Shown: positions 10,741 to 23,107 of the stretch, in pieces
Layout: the number at the start of each line of letters is the position of its first letter
Position numbering within the stretch: position 1 is the first letter of the stretch
Assembly: GCF_963921235.1 (NCBI RefSeq)
Contig: NC_086108.1
Location: 91,204,001 to 91,268,000, forward strand
Reading direction: 5' to 3'
DNA from: Mobula hypostoma
Lineage: Eukaryota
DNA length: 64,000 bases
Notes under the pieces: generated by a model
Told to the model about the DNA's origin: nothing
Database searches by the model: none
What the model saw: only the letters and a program-made list of their open reading frames with translations
Program-made: the position numbers and the translations under genes

Positions 10741-12140
10741 TAAGTTTGTTGAATTTACATGGTCCTGCAGGAAATATGACTTAATATCCATATGTTCTCA
10801 TAAGTATTGATTTAGTCATTCACGTGTTATAACATGACAGATCACTGTTATTCCTAAAGTATTGATTTTATCTTACTAAACCTAGTTCAGTAGACTTTTA
10901 CTTTCCAGAGTTAAAATTATTGAAAGGAAAGTGTCCACATTATAAAACAAAATTGTGCTTTACTAAGCAGAAAGCTATAGAATTGAGGTCAACCATATAA
11001 TAGACAATGACAATGGGATACAATCTACATGCTCATAGCTTATATTGAAATTATTAATTACTATTAGAATATGCTTTCACTACATTAACGGTTTCTCGTG
11101 TCCACTGACAACAGAAAAGCTGAAATGAGTAGACTATTAGTTTGTTAGAAAGTTATTTCATTAATAAACATTTTTATGTAGAAGAGCAGAGACATTTGCA
11201 ATCTATTAAATAACTAACATCTACACTCACCTCTCAATGTGATATATTTTTCTTCAGCAATATTCCATTATATTGATAGTGTCTGCCTTGAGCACCCTTG
11301 TGGAAACTACAGTCGCCATTTAACTCACCAAGATCCATAGAAACGGCTGTTTTCTGCCAATGTCATTAATTCACATAATTTGATACAGATCCCACATTTT
11401 TGTAACGCTATCATGAGACCAATTACTGGAAAAAAGACAATGATAAAACTGTGCGAGAAAACTGAAGTTTTATTTTAATCTGATATATATCTTAGCATCC
11501 AAATCATTAAATGTAAGTATAATGGAAATAATGTTTAATAATGAATAAGTTTATAAACAAATTATTCTGTAGTTTTGTAATTTAACCTACGATTAATTTA
11601 CACCTAAACCATTACAAGGTACATTGTGTGATTATTTTTATTTCATTTAGCTGTTCATTTCTGTTTCTTTGATTATAATGTTGAACCTATCACACTAACT
11701 TTCACTTATTTTGCTGACTAATAATTATAAATATAAATAATTTAAATTGAGTGAAATATTTAAGCAGATCACAAAAACAGATATTTTGCAAAATTATTAC
11801 CATTTTCTGTATCTTCTTAACTGATATCCTTCGACATATTTTTGTATGATACACACTGTAAGAGATGTTGTGTTCTGTAAGAGATACTTGAGAGCTTCAC
11901 AAATGTTCTAAATATCTCATAGCAATGTAGTTAAGCATAGTATAATATTGTGCCTCTTTAAAAATTATTAACGCAAAGTTGGTTTTGGAATTGAAATCAG
12001 GATTAATTGAATTGTGGAATTGAAACCACCAATCAAGGAATAATGATTTAGATTATAATGCTAATTTATTAGTGTTAATTGATTTTTCCTGGAAAGTTCC
12101 GAATAATTTCTTTAATAAATAAATCAATGCTTACCAGATT
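10741..12140 (+). other. DPYD: Probable DPYD 3' UTR
   Basis: AT-rich, TE-free sequence after the stop codon; AATAAA at 11163, 12114/12118, 12184 and 12256. Confidence 0.65.
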
Positions 12141-12160
12141 TGTATTTATTTTTTTGTCAT
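12114..12160 (+). terminator. Candidate polyadenylation signal
   Basis: Overlapping AATAAATAAA (12114-12123) followed ~15-35 nt later by a U/GU-rich tract 'tttgtatttatttttttgtc'. Confidence 0.55.
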
Positions 12161-12284
12161 ACAATAGTATTAATCTTCTGTAAAATAAATTCTGTATTGC
12201 CTTCTGAACATTCTTTTCATTAACCAGTGATCTGCTCTGAGGTAAAAGACCCCAAAATAAAGAATTGCAATTAAAGTTCCAAAG

Positions 12285-12750
12285 CCATAGATTTAGATAT
12301 CAGAAATGGGCCCTTCAATGAAATTTTTCCAAGCTGACTGGGTTCCATACCTGAGTGAGTCTCATGTGCTGGAGTTTTGGAAATGACCCTCTAAACCATT
12401 CTCATCTATATACCTGTCTAAATGTCTTTTAAACATGATTATACCTGCCATTAACACTTTTGCAGCTCATTCCACATATCTACCATCCGCTGTATGAAAA
12501 AATACCCCTCGGGTCCCCTTTAAATCTTTCCCAGCTCACTTAATTCTATTCCACTAGTTTTAGACTTGCTCATGCTGGACTAATGACTGAGACTATTCAT
12601 CTCACTACATCCCTTGTGATTTTATATACCTCACTCCTCAGCCTTCTATGCTCCAGGGAGAAAAGTCTTAGTCTATCTAGTCTCTTCTTATAACTCAAAC
12701 TTTTTAGTCTCAGTAACGTCCTTATCAATATTTTCTCTACCTTTTCAGCA
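12285..12750 (-). mobile_element. Old CR1 3' fragment
   Basis: Decayed CR1 3' ORF2 and tail in reverse orientation. Confidence 0.75.
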
Positions 12751-12869
12751 TCTTCTCACAACTATTCTCAGGCAAGAGGTATAGAAACCTGGAGTCCCAT
12801 ACCATCAGGTTCAAGAACAGCTACTTCCCTTCAACCATTTGGTTCTTGAACCGATCGACACAACCTTAA

Positions 12870-13014
12870 CCTTGTTTAGTCCTGAACAAGGGTCTCAGCC
12901 TGAATTTTGACTGTTTATTCATTTCAATAGATGCTACCTGTGTTGCTGAGTCCCTCCAGAATTTTGTGTGTGTATTGCTTTGGATTTCCAGCATCTGCAG
13001 AATCTCTTGTGTTT
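12870..13014 (+). mobile_element. Solo Penelope pLTR-derived insertion with 10-bp TSD, inside a Rex fragment
   Basis: TSD acaaccttaa at 12860-12869 and 13015-13024; decayed hammerhead 'agtcctgaacaagggtctcagcctgaattttgactg'. Confidence 0.8.
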
Positions 13015-13195
13015 ACAACCTTAATCAATACAGTTTAGCAAAATTCTGATGACAGTTGTATTTGTTCTTTAACAAAGACAAACTTGTGTGGGTAAAAATG
13101 CTAGAACAGTTTTATTTACAGAATGGTTCAGCTAGACCGCATTTTATTCGGGACCTTCAGCCCTCCAAGAGTATGTGTGTGCCCAGTTCACCAAC

Positions 13196-14319
13196 TGTCA
13201 TGGTCCGGATCGGGATCCCTTTAAATTTACCTTGTTTATGTTACAATCCGGACCGTTGATTCCCTGTTTTCCCATGTCCCTCGGCTTTGGTGATTAGAGG
13301 TAATTAACGCTCAGCTGAACAGGTAGTTTATACTTTCCAGCTTCCAGCCATTCGGCGTGGGAGCGTCTGCAAAGTCATCAAAGGTATGGTGTGCCGATGT
13401 CATCTGGCCGGAGCAAGCCTAGTCTCTGCCGAAGCGAGTGCTGGTAATTCGCCCTTCCTCACCGGAACAATCCTGTCCAGTTACCTCGCCAAAGCGAGCC
13501 TGCAAAGTTTCCTCATCAAGGTGGGTCCATCGATTAACCCGCGGGAGAGAATCAGGAGCCGCTGTCTACTGTTCCTGGGCCGAGTCTAGAGCTCGCCACT
13601 ACCCGGAGGATCCAAGTACCACGTCCAAGTCCTGGCTCCGGCGGCATCCAAGTACTATGTCCAAGTCCAAGTCCTGACTCCGGTGGCATCCAAGTACCAC
13701 GTCCAAGTCCTGGCCCTGGCGGCATCCGAGTACCCAGTCACGTCCTGGCCCTGGCGGTCTGTGATTCCTGTCCTACCCCCGTGTCTGAATCCCTTCTCTG
13801 CCCCCTCGCCTCTAGCCCTCGTCTGTAGCCCTCGCCTACACCTCAGTCTAGTTCTATTGCTGGAGCTAGATAGGAACTGTGTTGTTCTTTGGTGTTTGTC
13901 TTGTCTTGTCCTCGCCTCCGTGGGGTAAGTCAGGCCATCTTGCCGTTGCCCCACGGGGGGGGGGGGGTCATGAGTCCCTGCCCTATATCCTGTTCCCAAG
14001 GAGGGGTCCCAGCTCTCTGTTCTGTGTGTGAATCCCGGCCCTATGTCCTGTTTCCAAGGAGGGGTCCCGACTCTGTGTTCTGTGTATGTGTCCATGGTTC
14101 CATGTACCTGCTCTCCCGAGACCATGGCCCTGTTTTTCCATGTTCCTCCTCTCCCTAGCCCATGTCACGTCCATGCCTGGTTCTGGGGTCCGAGCCCAAA
14201 GCAAGACCCAGGTACTGTGTCCTTGCCCAGTCTCTGGCTCAGAGTCCATACCGTAACCTCACAAGATGTGTCTTGCATTTGGGTCCACCCTTGCTCCCAG
14301 TGCCCCCACCATTGTGACA
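13196..14319 (+). mobile_element. Solo LTR (TGTCA...TGACA) with 5-bp TSD, inserted in the Gypsy 3' LTR
   Basis: TSD ccaac at 13191-13195 and 14320-14324; internal 36-bp and ~58-bp tandem repeats. Confidence 0.88.
13610..13760 (+). repeat. 36-bp tandem repeat, ~4 copies
   Basis: Unit atccaagtaccacgtccaagtcctggctccggcggc and variants. Confidence 0.85.
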
Positions 14320-16158
14320 CCAACATCACTTCCAGTACTGAATGAACCATCTGCATTGCACACTAGGAACTGATGTCCTTTATTATGAACAGATATAATA
14401 ACACATCTTACCCTTTTAAGGAAAACAAAGACAATAGTATGCCCTCATAAAAATAAACTTGCAAGATACAATAATGCTTTCTTACACAGAAATTTACATT
14501 AACTTCAATAGTAATGAGCAAATCCAATCCCCCATTCACTCTGTCACTCTCAATCCATCTCTGTGGTAGCTTAATGATTCCTTTTGGATTGCTGTTTCCA
14601 CAGATATCTTTCTTTCATTTTCTACGTTAATACCAGTGAGTGTCCTTTTGAGTACTCTGATCTACATGTTCATTTCTTTCACATCCTTGTGCCAAGATCC
14701 TATCTGTTCATCTCTGTTCTTGTTCTTGCTGTGAGGCCATAATTCAATCCACATGCCTCATAATGGAGCCCTGAACTACATCCATGTGATCAGTGAGACT
14801 TTGCACAAGTTACAGCTGAGTCTGTCTCAATTCACAGAGTTCTTTCTGTTGGTTGTGTATCATAGATAACAACTCTTCCTGCTGGTTGTGTTAAACTCGT
14901 ACTGTTGTTCTGACCTTTGGGTCTGTATGCCTTTCCATCTTCCTTTTTATTTTTTCTCTTCAACTTCAGAGAGGATCATGGAGATCTTTTTGATTTCCAA
15001 TCTCTAAATGAAAGTTGATGAGAGACAGATTCTGGACCTCAGCTGCATGATGTGGAGACAAAACTGGTGACTTCTTCTTCATGATCCCTCTGTTCAGGAC
15101 CAGCATCCTGACTCTCATGCTGGTGTAGCTGGTACAGATGTCAATGGAAGGTGGAGTTGTTGTGCTTCTCTTGCATAACCTTTCTGGATCTCACGTGGAT
15201 GCTGTTACAAGTTCTACGAGTTACGTCAGGTAAGCATCTGAGCACCTCAAAGACATCTGCATATTCTTTATTGAGTGTTGCCTGGTCACCTTTGGTCTGT
15301 GAAGTCACTACACAAACTCCTTCCACTAGGTTGAACCTTTTGTCTGCACTCAGACCTAATATTAGCTGTACTCGCTTTTCTACAATCAGTATTTTGTCTT
15401 TAGGTGCTTTCCCTTGTGCTTGGAAGTCACTATACAGCCCCCATTTACTGGAACATTCTCTCTAATATAGCCTGTCACTTTTAACTTCACTGGGTAAATC
15501 TTGCTCTTTACTTTGTGAGTCTTGTAATCATCCATAGACAACAGATTCACCTGGGCTCCGGTGTTAAGCTTGAATGGAATTACTGTCTCATTCACAGTCG
15601 CTGAAACAATCCATTCTGTTTTACCTGCACCAGCAATCTATAGAGAATCTACAAAAACTTCCTCCATTTCCTCAGCAACCATGAGCACCTTTCTCTTGCA
15701 GCATTTTGCGAAATGATTTTTCTTCCCACCATTATTGCAGGACTTTCCATAAGCAGGATACTTCTTTGGGATGCGCCTACCTCCACATTTGCTGTGTTTA
15801 CAGTTTGATCCTACCTGCACATTTGCTGCATTTACTGTTTGATCCTACCTCTTTGCTTTGGAAGCCCCCCCCCCCTTGTGCTCTGCCGCTCTGTTTTCAC
15901 AACGTGCACTGTTGTTCTTGTCCTGTACAGCTTTTTTGCTTGTGCTCGTGTGCTTTCTGCTGCTCTACACATATTCACAGCCTTTTCTAGCATTAGATCT
16001 TTTCACCGGAACAAGCCTTCTCTGGGAACATTGTCAGGGTCTCCACAAACTATGTTGTCTTTAACTAGTTGGCCTCTCAAGTCTCCCAACACACAGGACT
16101 TAGTGTGTGGAGCTCAGCCAAATATTGGTGAAACCTAACACATTGGTGAAACCTTTGT

Positions 16159-17068
16159 CTTCACCATTTACACCTTGGACTTCAACTACTGCACAGAGTC
16201 TTGTCATCTTCAGAAGTTTTCTGTTGACTCTGCCATAGTTGGATGCATCAGCAAGGGAGATGAAGCTGAGTACAGGGCTACGGTAGAAAACTTTGTCACA
16301 TGGTGTGAGCAGAATTATCTGTAGCTTAATGTGAAAAAGACTAAGGAGCTGGTGGTAGACCTGAGGAGCACTAAGGCACCGGTGACTCCTGTTTCCTTCC
16401 AGGGGGTCAGCGTAGACATGGTAGAGGATTACAAATACTTGGGGATATGAATTGACAATAAACTGGACTGGTCAACGAACACTGAGGCTGTCTACAAGAA
16501 GGGTCAGAGCCGTCTCTATTTCCTGAGGAGACTGAAGTCCTTTGGACGATGCTGAGGATGTTCTGCGAGTCTGTGGTGGCCAGTGCGATCATGTTTGCTG
16601 TCGTGTGCTGGGGCAGCAGGCTGAGGGTAGCAAACACCAACAGAATCAACAAACTCATTCGTAAGGCCAGTGATGTTGTGGGGATGGAACTGGACTCTCT
16701 GATGGTGGTGTCTGAAAAAGGGATGCTGTCCAAGTTGCATGCCACCTTGGACAATGTCTCCCATCCACTACATAATGTACTGGGTGGGCACAGGGGTACA
16801 TTCAGCCAGAGACTCATTCCACCGAGATGCAACACTGAGCGTCATAGGAAGTCATTCCTGCCTGTGGCCATCAAACTTTACAACTCCTCCCTTGGAGGGT
16901 CAGACACCCTGAGCCAATAGGCTGGTCCTGGACTTATTTCCTGGCATAATTTACATATTTACATATTACTATTTAACTATTTATGGTTTTATTACTATTT
17001 AATTATTTATGGTGCAACTGTAATGAAAACCAATTTCCCCCGGGATCAATAAAGTATGACAATGACTA
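16159..17068 (+). mobile_element. Rex1/Babar LINE 3' fragment inserted in Gypsy gag
   Basis: HLQKFSVDSAIVGCI, KTKELVVDLR, ORF 16549-16920, (tatgac)n tail; possible TSD tttgt at 16154-16158 and 17069-17073. Confidence 0.88.
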
Positions 17069-17368
17069 TTTGTTCTTGGTCAAAGGAAAAGAATCTATAT
17101 CTTTTATACGTGATGTTTTTACTTGGGACAAAATACTCCTCAAATTTTGTCATCAGTTTGTCCAATTTAAAGTCTGTCTCATCAATTTGAAAGCTATTGT
17201 AGATGTCCAAAGCACCTTTGTCATTTACATGTAGAAAGATAGGCGCTTTCAATTTTTCCTCCGCCCTGCAGGTTCTGCTTGCTGCTAAATATACAGTGAA
17301 TCACTGTTTTGAAGCATTTCCAATTATCAGCTAGATTGCCAGTAAACTGCATAGGTGCGGGAGGACTT

Positions 17369-18088
17369 CAAAGTTCATGGTAGAATTTATTATCAGAGTC
17401 CACATATGTCACCACGCACAACCCTGAGATTCTTTTTCTGCAGGCATACTTAGCAAATCTATAGAGCAGTAACTGCAAACAGTGAACATCAGGAACTGTA
17501 AACAAACTGTGCAAATACAGATATAAATAAATAGCAGTAAATAACAAGTATGAAATAACAATATAACAGAGTCCTTAAGTGAGTGTAGCTATCCCCTTTT
17601 GTTCAAGAGCCTGATGGTTGAGGGGTAATAACTGTTCTTGAACCTGGTGGGTTGAGTCCTGAGGCTCCTGTACCTTCTACCTGATAGCAGCAGTGAGAAA
17701 AGAGCATGGCTTGGGTGGTGAGGATCTTTGATGATGGATGCTGCTTTTCTACAGCAATGTTTCATGTAGATGTGTTTAATGCTTGGGGTGGGGGAGGGTT
17801 TACCCGTGATATACTGGGCCAAATCAACTACCTTCTGTAGGATTTTCCACTCAAAGGCATTGGTGTTCCCATACCAGGCTGTAATACAGCCAGTCAACAC
17901 ACTTTCCACCTCACATCTATAGAAGTTTGCCAAGGTTAATGATGACATGACATACCTCCACAAACTCCTGAGAAAGTAGAGGAGCTGTCACTTTCTTCAG
18001 AATTACATTTGTATGATGGGTCCTGGACAGGTCTTTTGAGATAGTGACACCAGGAATTTAAAGTTACTGACTCTCCACCTCTGATCTA
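17369..18088 (-). mobile_element. Rex1/Babar LINE 3' fragment inserted in the first codons of Gypsy gag
   Basis: ORF 17589-17963 (ESVLTGCITAWYG, SIIKDPHHPSH, RFKNSYYP); duplicated 'actt' at 17365-17368 and 18089-18092. Confidence 0.88.
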
Positions 18089-18279
18089 ACTTTGGTTATC
18101 CATAACAGAGTTTTTTGTTCTTCTCTCACCTGGTATTCTCTTGCTGAATCGTTTGAACTTTGGCAGCTTCAAAACACAATGTGGTATCTGTGCAGTAGCT
18201 TTCCTCTATCAGAACCAGTATCTCATTCTTACTTTCATACTTGTACACATGACAATAAGCTCAGCTTTGACTTTTAATG

Positions 18280-19000
18280 TAATCCTCCTTGTAGTCTGGA
18301 AATGGACAAATACTTCCAAGTGTGGCTTCATCAATGTTTTCTACAGATTTAACATGACATCCCAGCTCTAGTACCCATTGTCCTGGCTGATGAAGACAAT
18401 GTTGGCAAACACATGTTTCACCATACTGTCTACCTGTGGAACTAAGTATTCACAGCCAGGTTCTCGCTGGCCACAGCGTTCTCCAGTGGCTTGACATTTA
18501 CTATGTAAAATTCTGCCAGTTTAACTTCCCAAAATACATTTTTTAGTTGTCTGAGTTAAATTCCACCTGATGTTACTTGGCAAAATTTCCCAATTGATCT
18601 GGGTGCTGTTATAATCTGAGATAATGTACCAAAGTTTTGGTGTCATTCACAAACTTACCAACCCTGCCAACTACATTTTCATCCAAGTCATCAATATAGA
18701 TAACAAACAGCACTAATCCCTGTGGCGCCAAAGGACCTGTTTGCATGCTGTCTTTACTTGATTACTCACTACCTGCAGAAATAAAATAAATGCCATATTT
18801 TGAGAAGTGATATAAAGACCTGTTGACTATAAGAAACAGGAGCAGAGATAGGCCATAAATCCCCATGGAAAAGCTCATCATTTAAAATCATGTCTAATTT
18901 GATAAACCTTTGTTCCACTGAATTCCAAAATTTATTGATCTCAGCATCATGTCTAGAGCCCTCTGGAGCAGAGATCCTCAAAATCCACAGCAAAAATTCC
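18280..19000 (-). mobile_element. Old CR1 fragments
   Basis: Decayed CR1 RT and 3' tail motifs on the minus strand. Confidence 0.6.
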
Positions 19001-19269
19001 CACAGAACCTAATCCTATATATCTGACATCGTATCCTATGATATAGCTCCCTAATTCTGAACATTTAGTCAGCATGTTGACCCCTCCACCTCCTTGGATT
19101 AAAATAAGGCACCAAGTAAATACAATTCTTCAATTTTTCATGATTTAAAGTTTAATAAGGAGAAAACATCAGCCAGATATTATGGAAAAATTTTAAAATT
19201 GGCATATTTTCATTCATTCATAGTTAAAAATGTAATGCCAGCATTTATTGTCCATCCTGATACTCCCTG

Positions 19270-22200
19270 AAATAAGAGCACAAGCTAAAAGACCAGATTT
19301 AGGCCACTTGGGCCATCAAATCTGTGCCATTTCATCATAGCTAATTAATTTTCCCTCTGAGCCCCAATCTTCTGCCTTCTCACTGTATCCCTTCATGACC
19401 TATCAAGAATTTGTCAACCTCTGCCTTAAATAAACATGAATACTTGACCTCAATATCTACCTGTGGCAACAAATTCCACAGATTCACCAATGTCTGGCTA
19501 AAGAAATTCCTCCTCATCTCTGTTCTAAAAGGACACCCCTCTATTCTGAGGCTACGTCCTCTCTCACCATAGGAAACATCCTCTTCACATCCACTCTATC
19601 AAGACCATAAGACCATAAGACAAAGGAGCAGAAGTCAGTCATTCGGCCCATCGAGTTTGCTCCGCCATTTTATCATGAGCTGATCCATTCTCCCATTTAG
19701 TCCCACTCCCCCGCCTTCTCACCATAACCTTTGATGCCCTGGCTACTCAGATACCTATCAATCTCTGCCTTAAATACACCCAATGACTTGGCCTCCACTG
19801 CTGCCCATGGCAACAAATTCCATAGATTCACCACCCTCTGACTAAAAAAAATTTCTTCGCATCTCTGTTCTGAATGGGCGCCCTTCAATCCTTAAGTCAT
19901 GCCCTCTCGTACTAGACTCCCCCGTCATGGGAAACAACTTTGCCACATCTGCTCTGTCCATGCCTTTCAACATTCAAAATGTTTCTATGAGGTCTCCCCT
20001 CATTCTTCTAAACTCCAAGGAATACAGTCCAAGAGCAGACAAATGTTCCTCATATGTTAACCCTCTCGTTCCCGGAATCATTCTAGTGAATCTTCTCTGT
20101 GCCCTCTCCAACATTAGCACATCCTTTCTTAAATAAGGAGACCAAAACTGCCCACAGTACTCCAAGTGAGTTCTCACCAGTGTCTTATAGAGCCTCAACA
20201 CCACATCCCTGCTCCTATACTCTATTCCTCTAGAAATGAATGCCAACATTGCATTCGCCTTCTTCACCACTGACTCAACCTGGAGGTTAACCTTAAGGGT
20301 ATCCTGTATGAGGACTCCCAAGTTCCATTGCATCTCAGAACTTTGAATTCTTTCCCCATTTAAATAATAGTCTGCCCATTTATTTCTTCTGCCAAAGTGC
20401 ATAACCACACACTTTCCAACATTGTATTTCATTTGCCACTTCTTTGCCCATTCTTCCAATCTACCCAATTCTCTCTGCAGACTCTCCGTTTCCTCAGCAC
20501 TACCGGCCCTTCCACCTATCTTTGTATCGTCAGCAAACTTAGCCACAAAGCCATCTATTCCATAATCCAAATCGTTGATGTACAATGTAAAAAGAAGCGG
20601 CCCCAACATGGACCCCTGTGGAACACCACTGGTAACCAGCAGCTAACCAGAATAGGATCCCTTTATTCCCACTCTCTGTTTCCTGCCATTCAGCCAACGC
20701 TCTGTCCACGTATGTAACTTTCCCGTAATACCATGGGCTCTTATCTTGTTAAGTAGCCTCATGTGTGGCACCTTGTCAAAGGCCTTCTGAAAATCCAAAT
20801 ATACAACATCCACTGCATCTCCCTTGTCTAGCCTACTGGTAATTTCCTCAAAAAATTGTAATAGGTTTGTCAGGCAGGATTTTCCTTTAAGGAATCCATG
20901 CTGAGTTCTGCCTATCTTGTCATATGCCTCCAGGTACTCTGTAACCTCATCCTTGACAATCGACTCCAACAACTTCCCAACCACCAATGTCAAGTTAACA
21001 GGTCTATAATTTCCTTTTTGCTTCCTTGCCCCCTTCTTAAATAGCGGAGTGACATTTGCAGTCTTCCAGTCCTCGGGAACCAGGCCAGAATCTACTGAAT
21101 TTTGAAAGATCATCGCTAATGCCTCCGCAATCTCCACAGCTACTTCCTTCAGAACACGTGGGTGCATTCCATCTGGTCTGGGAGATTTATCTACCTTTAG
21201 ACTATTCAGCTTCCTGAGTACTTTCTCTGTCGTAATTGTGACTGCGCACACTTCTCTTCCCTGCCACCCTTGAGTGTCCAGTATACTGCTGATGTCTTCC
21301 TCAGTGAAGACTGACGCAAAATACTCCTTCAGTTCCTCTGCAATTTCCTTATCTCCCATTACAATTTCTCCAGCATCATTTTCTATCAGTCCTATATCTA
21401 CTCTCACCTGTCTTTTACTCTTTATATACTTGAAAAAGCTTTTAGTATCCTCTTTGATATTATCTGCTAGCTTCCTTTCATAGTTAATCTTTTCCCTCTT
21501 AATGACCTTCTTAAGCTTTTAAAAACTTCCCAATCCTCTGTCTTCCCACTAATTTTTGCTTCCTTGTATGCCCTCTCCTTTGCTTTAACTTTGGCTTTGA
21601 CTTCTCTTGTCAACCATGGTTGCATCCTTTTTCCATTCGAAAATTTCTTCTTTTTTTAGAATATACCTGCCTTGCACCTTCCTCACTTCTCACATTAACT
21701 CCAGCCACTGCTGCTCTGCCGTCTTTCCCGCCAGTGTCCCTTTCCAGTCAACTTTGGCCAGTTCCTCTCTCATGCCACTGTAATTTCCTTTACTCCACTG
21801 AAATACCGACACATCAGATTTCGGCTTCTCTTTTTCAAATTTCACAGTGAACTCAATCATGTTATGATCACTGTCTCCTAAGGGTTCCTTCACCTCAATC
21901 TCTCTAATCACCTCCGGTTCATTACACAATACCCAATCCAGTACAGCCAATCCCCTAGCGGGCTCAACAACAAGCTGTTCTAAAAAGCCATCTCGCGGAC
22001 CTTCTACAAATTCTCTCTCTTGAGATCCAGTGCCGACCTGATTTTCCCAATCCACTCGCATGTTAAAATCCCCCACAATTATCATAACACTGCCCTTCTG
22101 ACAAGCCTTTTCTATTTCCTGTTGTAATTTGTAGTCCACATCCCTGCAGCTGTTTGGAGGCCTATAAATAACTGCCATCAGACCTTCCAACATTCAATAG

Positions 22201-22380
22201 GTTTCAATTAGGTCACCCCTCATTCTTCAAAATTCCAGTGAATACAGGCCCAAAGGCATCAAACGCTCTTCATATGACAAGCTGCTCAATCTGGGAATCA
22301 TTTTTATAAACCCCCTTTGAAGCTTCTCCAGTGTCAGCACATCCTTTCCTGGATAAGTGGCCCAAAACTGCTCACTATAT
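19270..22380 (-). mobile_element. Older CR1 3' fragment (19270-19606 plus 22180-22380) split by a younger CR1
   Basis: 'ccactctatcaagacc' joins to 'ttccaacattcaataggtttc' as continuous CR1 sequence once the insert is removed. Confidence 0.8.
19607..22178 (-). mobile_element. Young CR1 LINE, 5'-truncated (APE C-terminus and RT)
   Basis: ORFs 21690-22193 (VIYRPP, VGDFN, LGDSDH), 20643-21407 (YLDFQKAFDKVPH) and 19974-20609 (KFADDTK); the last two are in the same frame, separated by one TAG; (cttatggt)n tail. Confidence 0.95.
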
Positions 22381-22399
22381 CGTTATGACTCAATAAGGA

Positions 22400-22615
22400 T
22401 GGTCTAATTACTTCCTAAAGGACATTAGTAAGCCAGAATTTTATGACAATCTATCATTTTCACAGTTACTATTACCTAGAAAAGGCATTTTAAAAAATAA
22501 ATCAATATTTATTTAATTGTACGAATTTAACCTCCCCATCTCCCTAATTTATGCCTCTTAGCCAAGTGCTCAGAGTATTAGATCCTAGTCCAATAACCCA
22601 ACCACTGCACTAACA
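22400..22615 (-). mobile_element. Old tRNA-derived SINE
   Basis: Resembles a common shark SINE ('ttcctaaaggacattagt...gtccaataacccaaccactgcac'); a similar remnant lies at about 38470-38610. Confidence 0.55.
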
Positions 22616-22819
22616 AGTGCATGTGTACTGCCTACTTCTGAAGAATCTGTCACCTACCATCAGTTACTACTTTTATCACCACCCAACTTTTTAAACAGAA
22701 GTAATCTCACCCATTACAATAAGCAACAATTCCTAATTAAAAATACCTTTCAATCTTCAAAGGGATTTCACCCAAGCCCACCTTTAATGATTAATGGAAC
22801 TGATTGAAGGCATCTGTTA

Positions 22820-23100
22820 GATAAATGTCTGATACCAGAGGGCATGCATTGGAATCGAGAGGGGGATGTGAGAGGTAGGTATTTTTCTCAAAGAGTGATG
22901 GATGCCTGGAATGCACTGCCTGGTATGGTGGTAGAGGCAAGTACATTAGAGGTTTTTAAAAGATATTTGGAAAGGATGTGAGCAAGGTAGAGGGATGTGG
23001 ACATAGTGTAGGTAGGAGGGGTTAGTGTTTGGATGTTTTTGATTTGCTTTTCAGCTGGTTCGGCACAACATTGTGGACCCAATGGCCTGTTCTGTTTTCT
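22820..23100 (+). mobile_element. CR1 3' tail fragment
   Basis: TRGHAL...QRVMDAWNALP; tail-to-tail with the next CR1. Confidence 0.8.
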
Positions 23101-23107
23101 AAATAGA

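Larger units (their letters stand above)
13057..18230 (-). mobile_element. Gypsy LTR retrotransposon remnant: gag, protease, internally deleted pol, 3' LTR about 13057-14405
   Basis: Gag start MDNQSPPAPMQFTGNLADNWKCF (ATG at 18103, split by an insertion); capsid-like ORF 17046-17252; decayed Zn knuckle (CxxC...NHFAKCC) at 15638-15820; aspartic protease FKLNTGAQVN at 15386-15595; EYADVF; purine tract aaaagggtaaga followed by TGT at 14405. Confidence 0.85.

Noticed and set aside
13386..14356. Cluster of overlapping ORFs on both strands
   Set aside because: GC-rich tandem-repeat LTR sequence; no recognisable domain.
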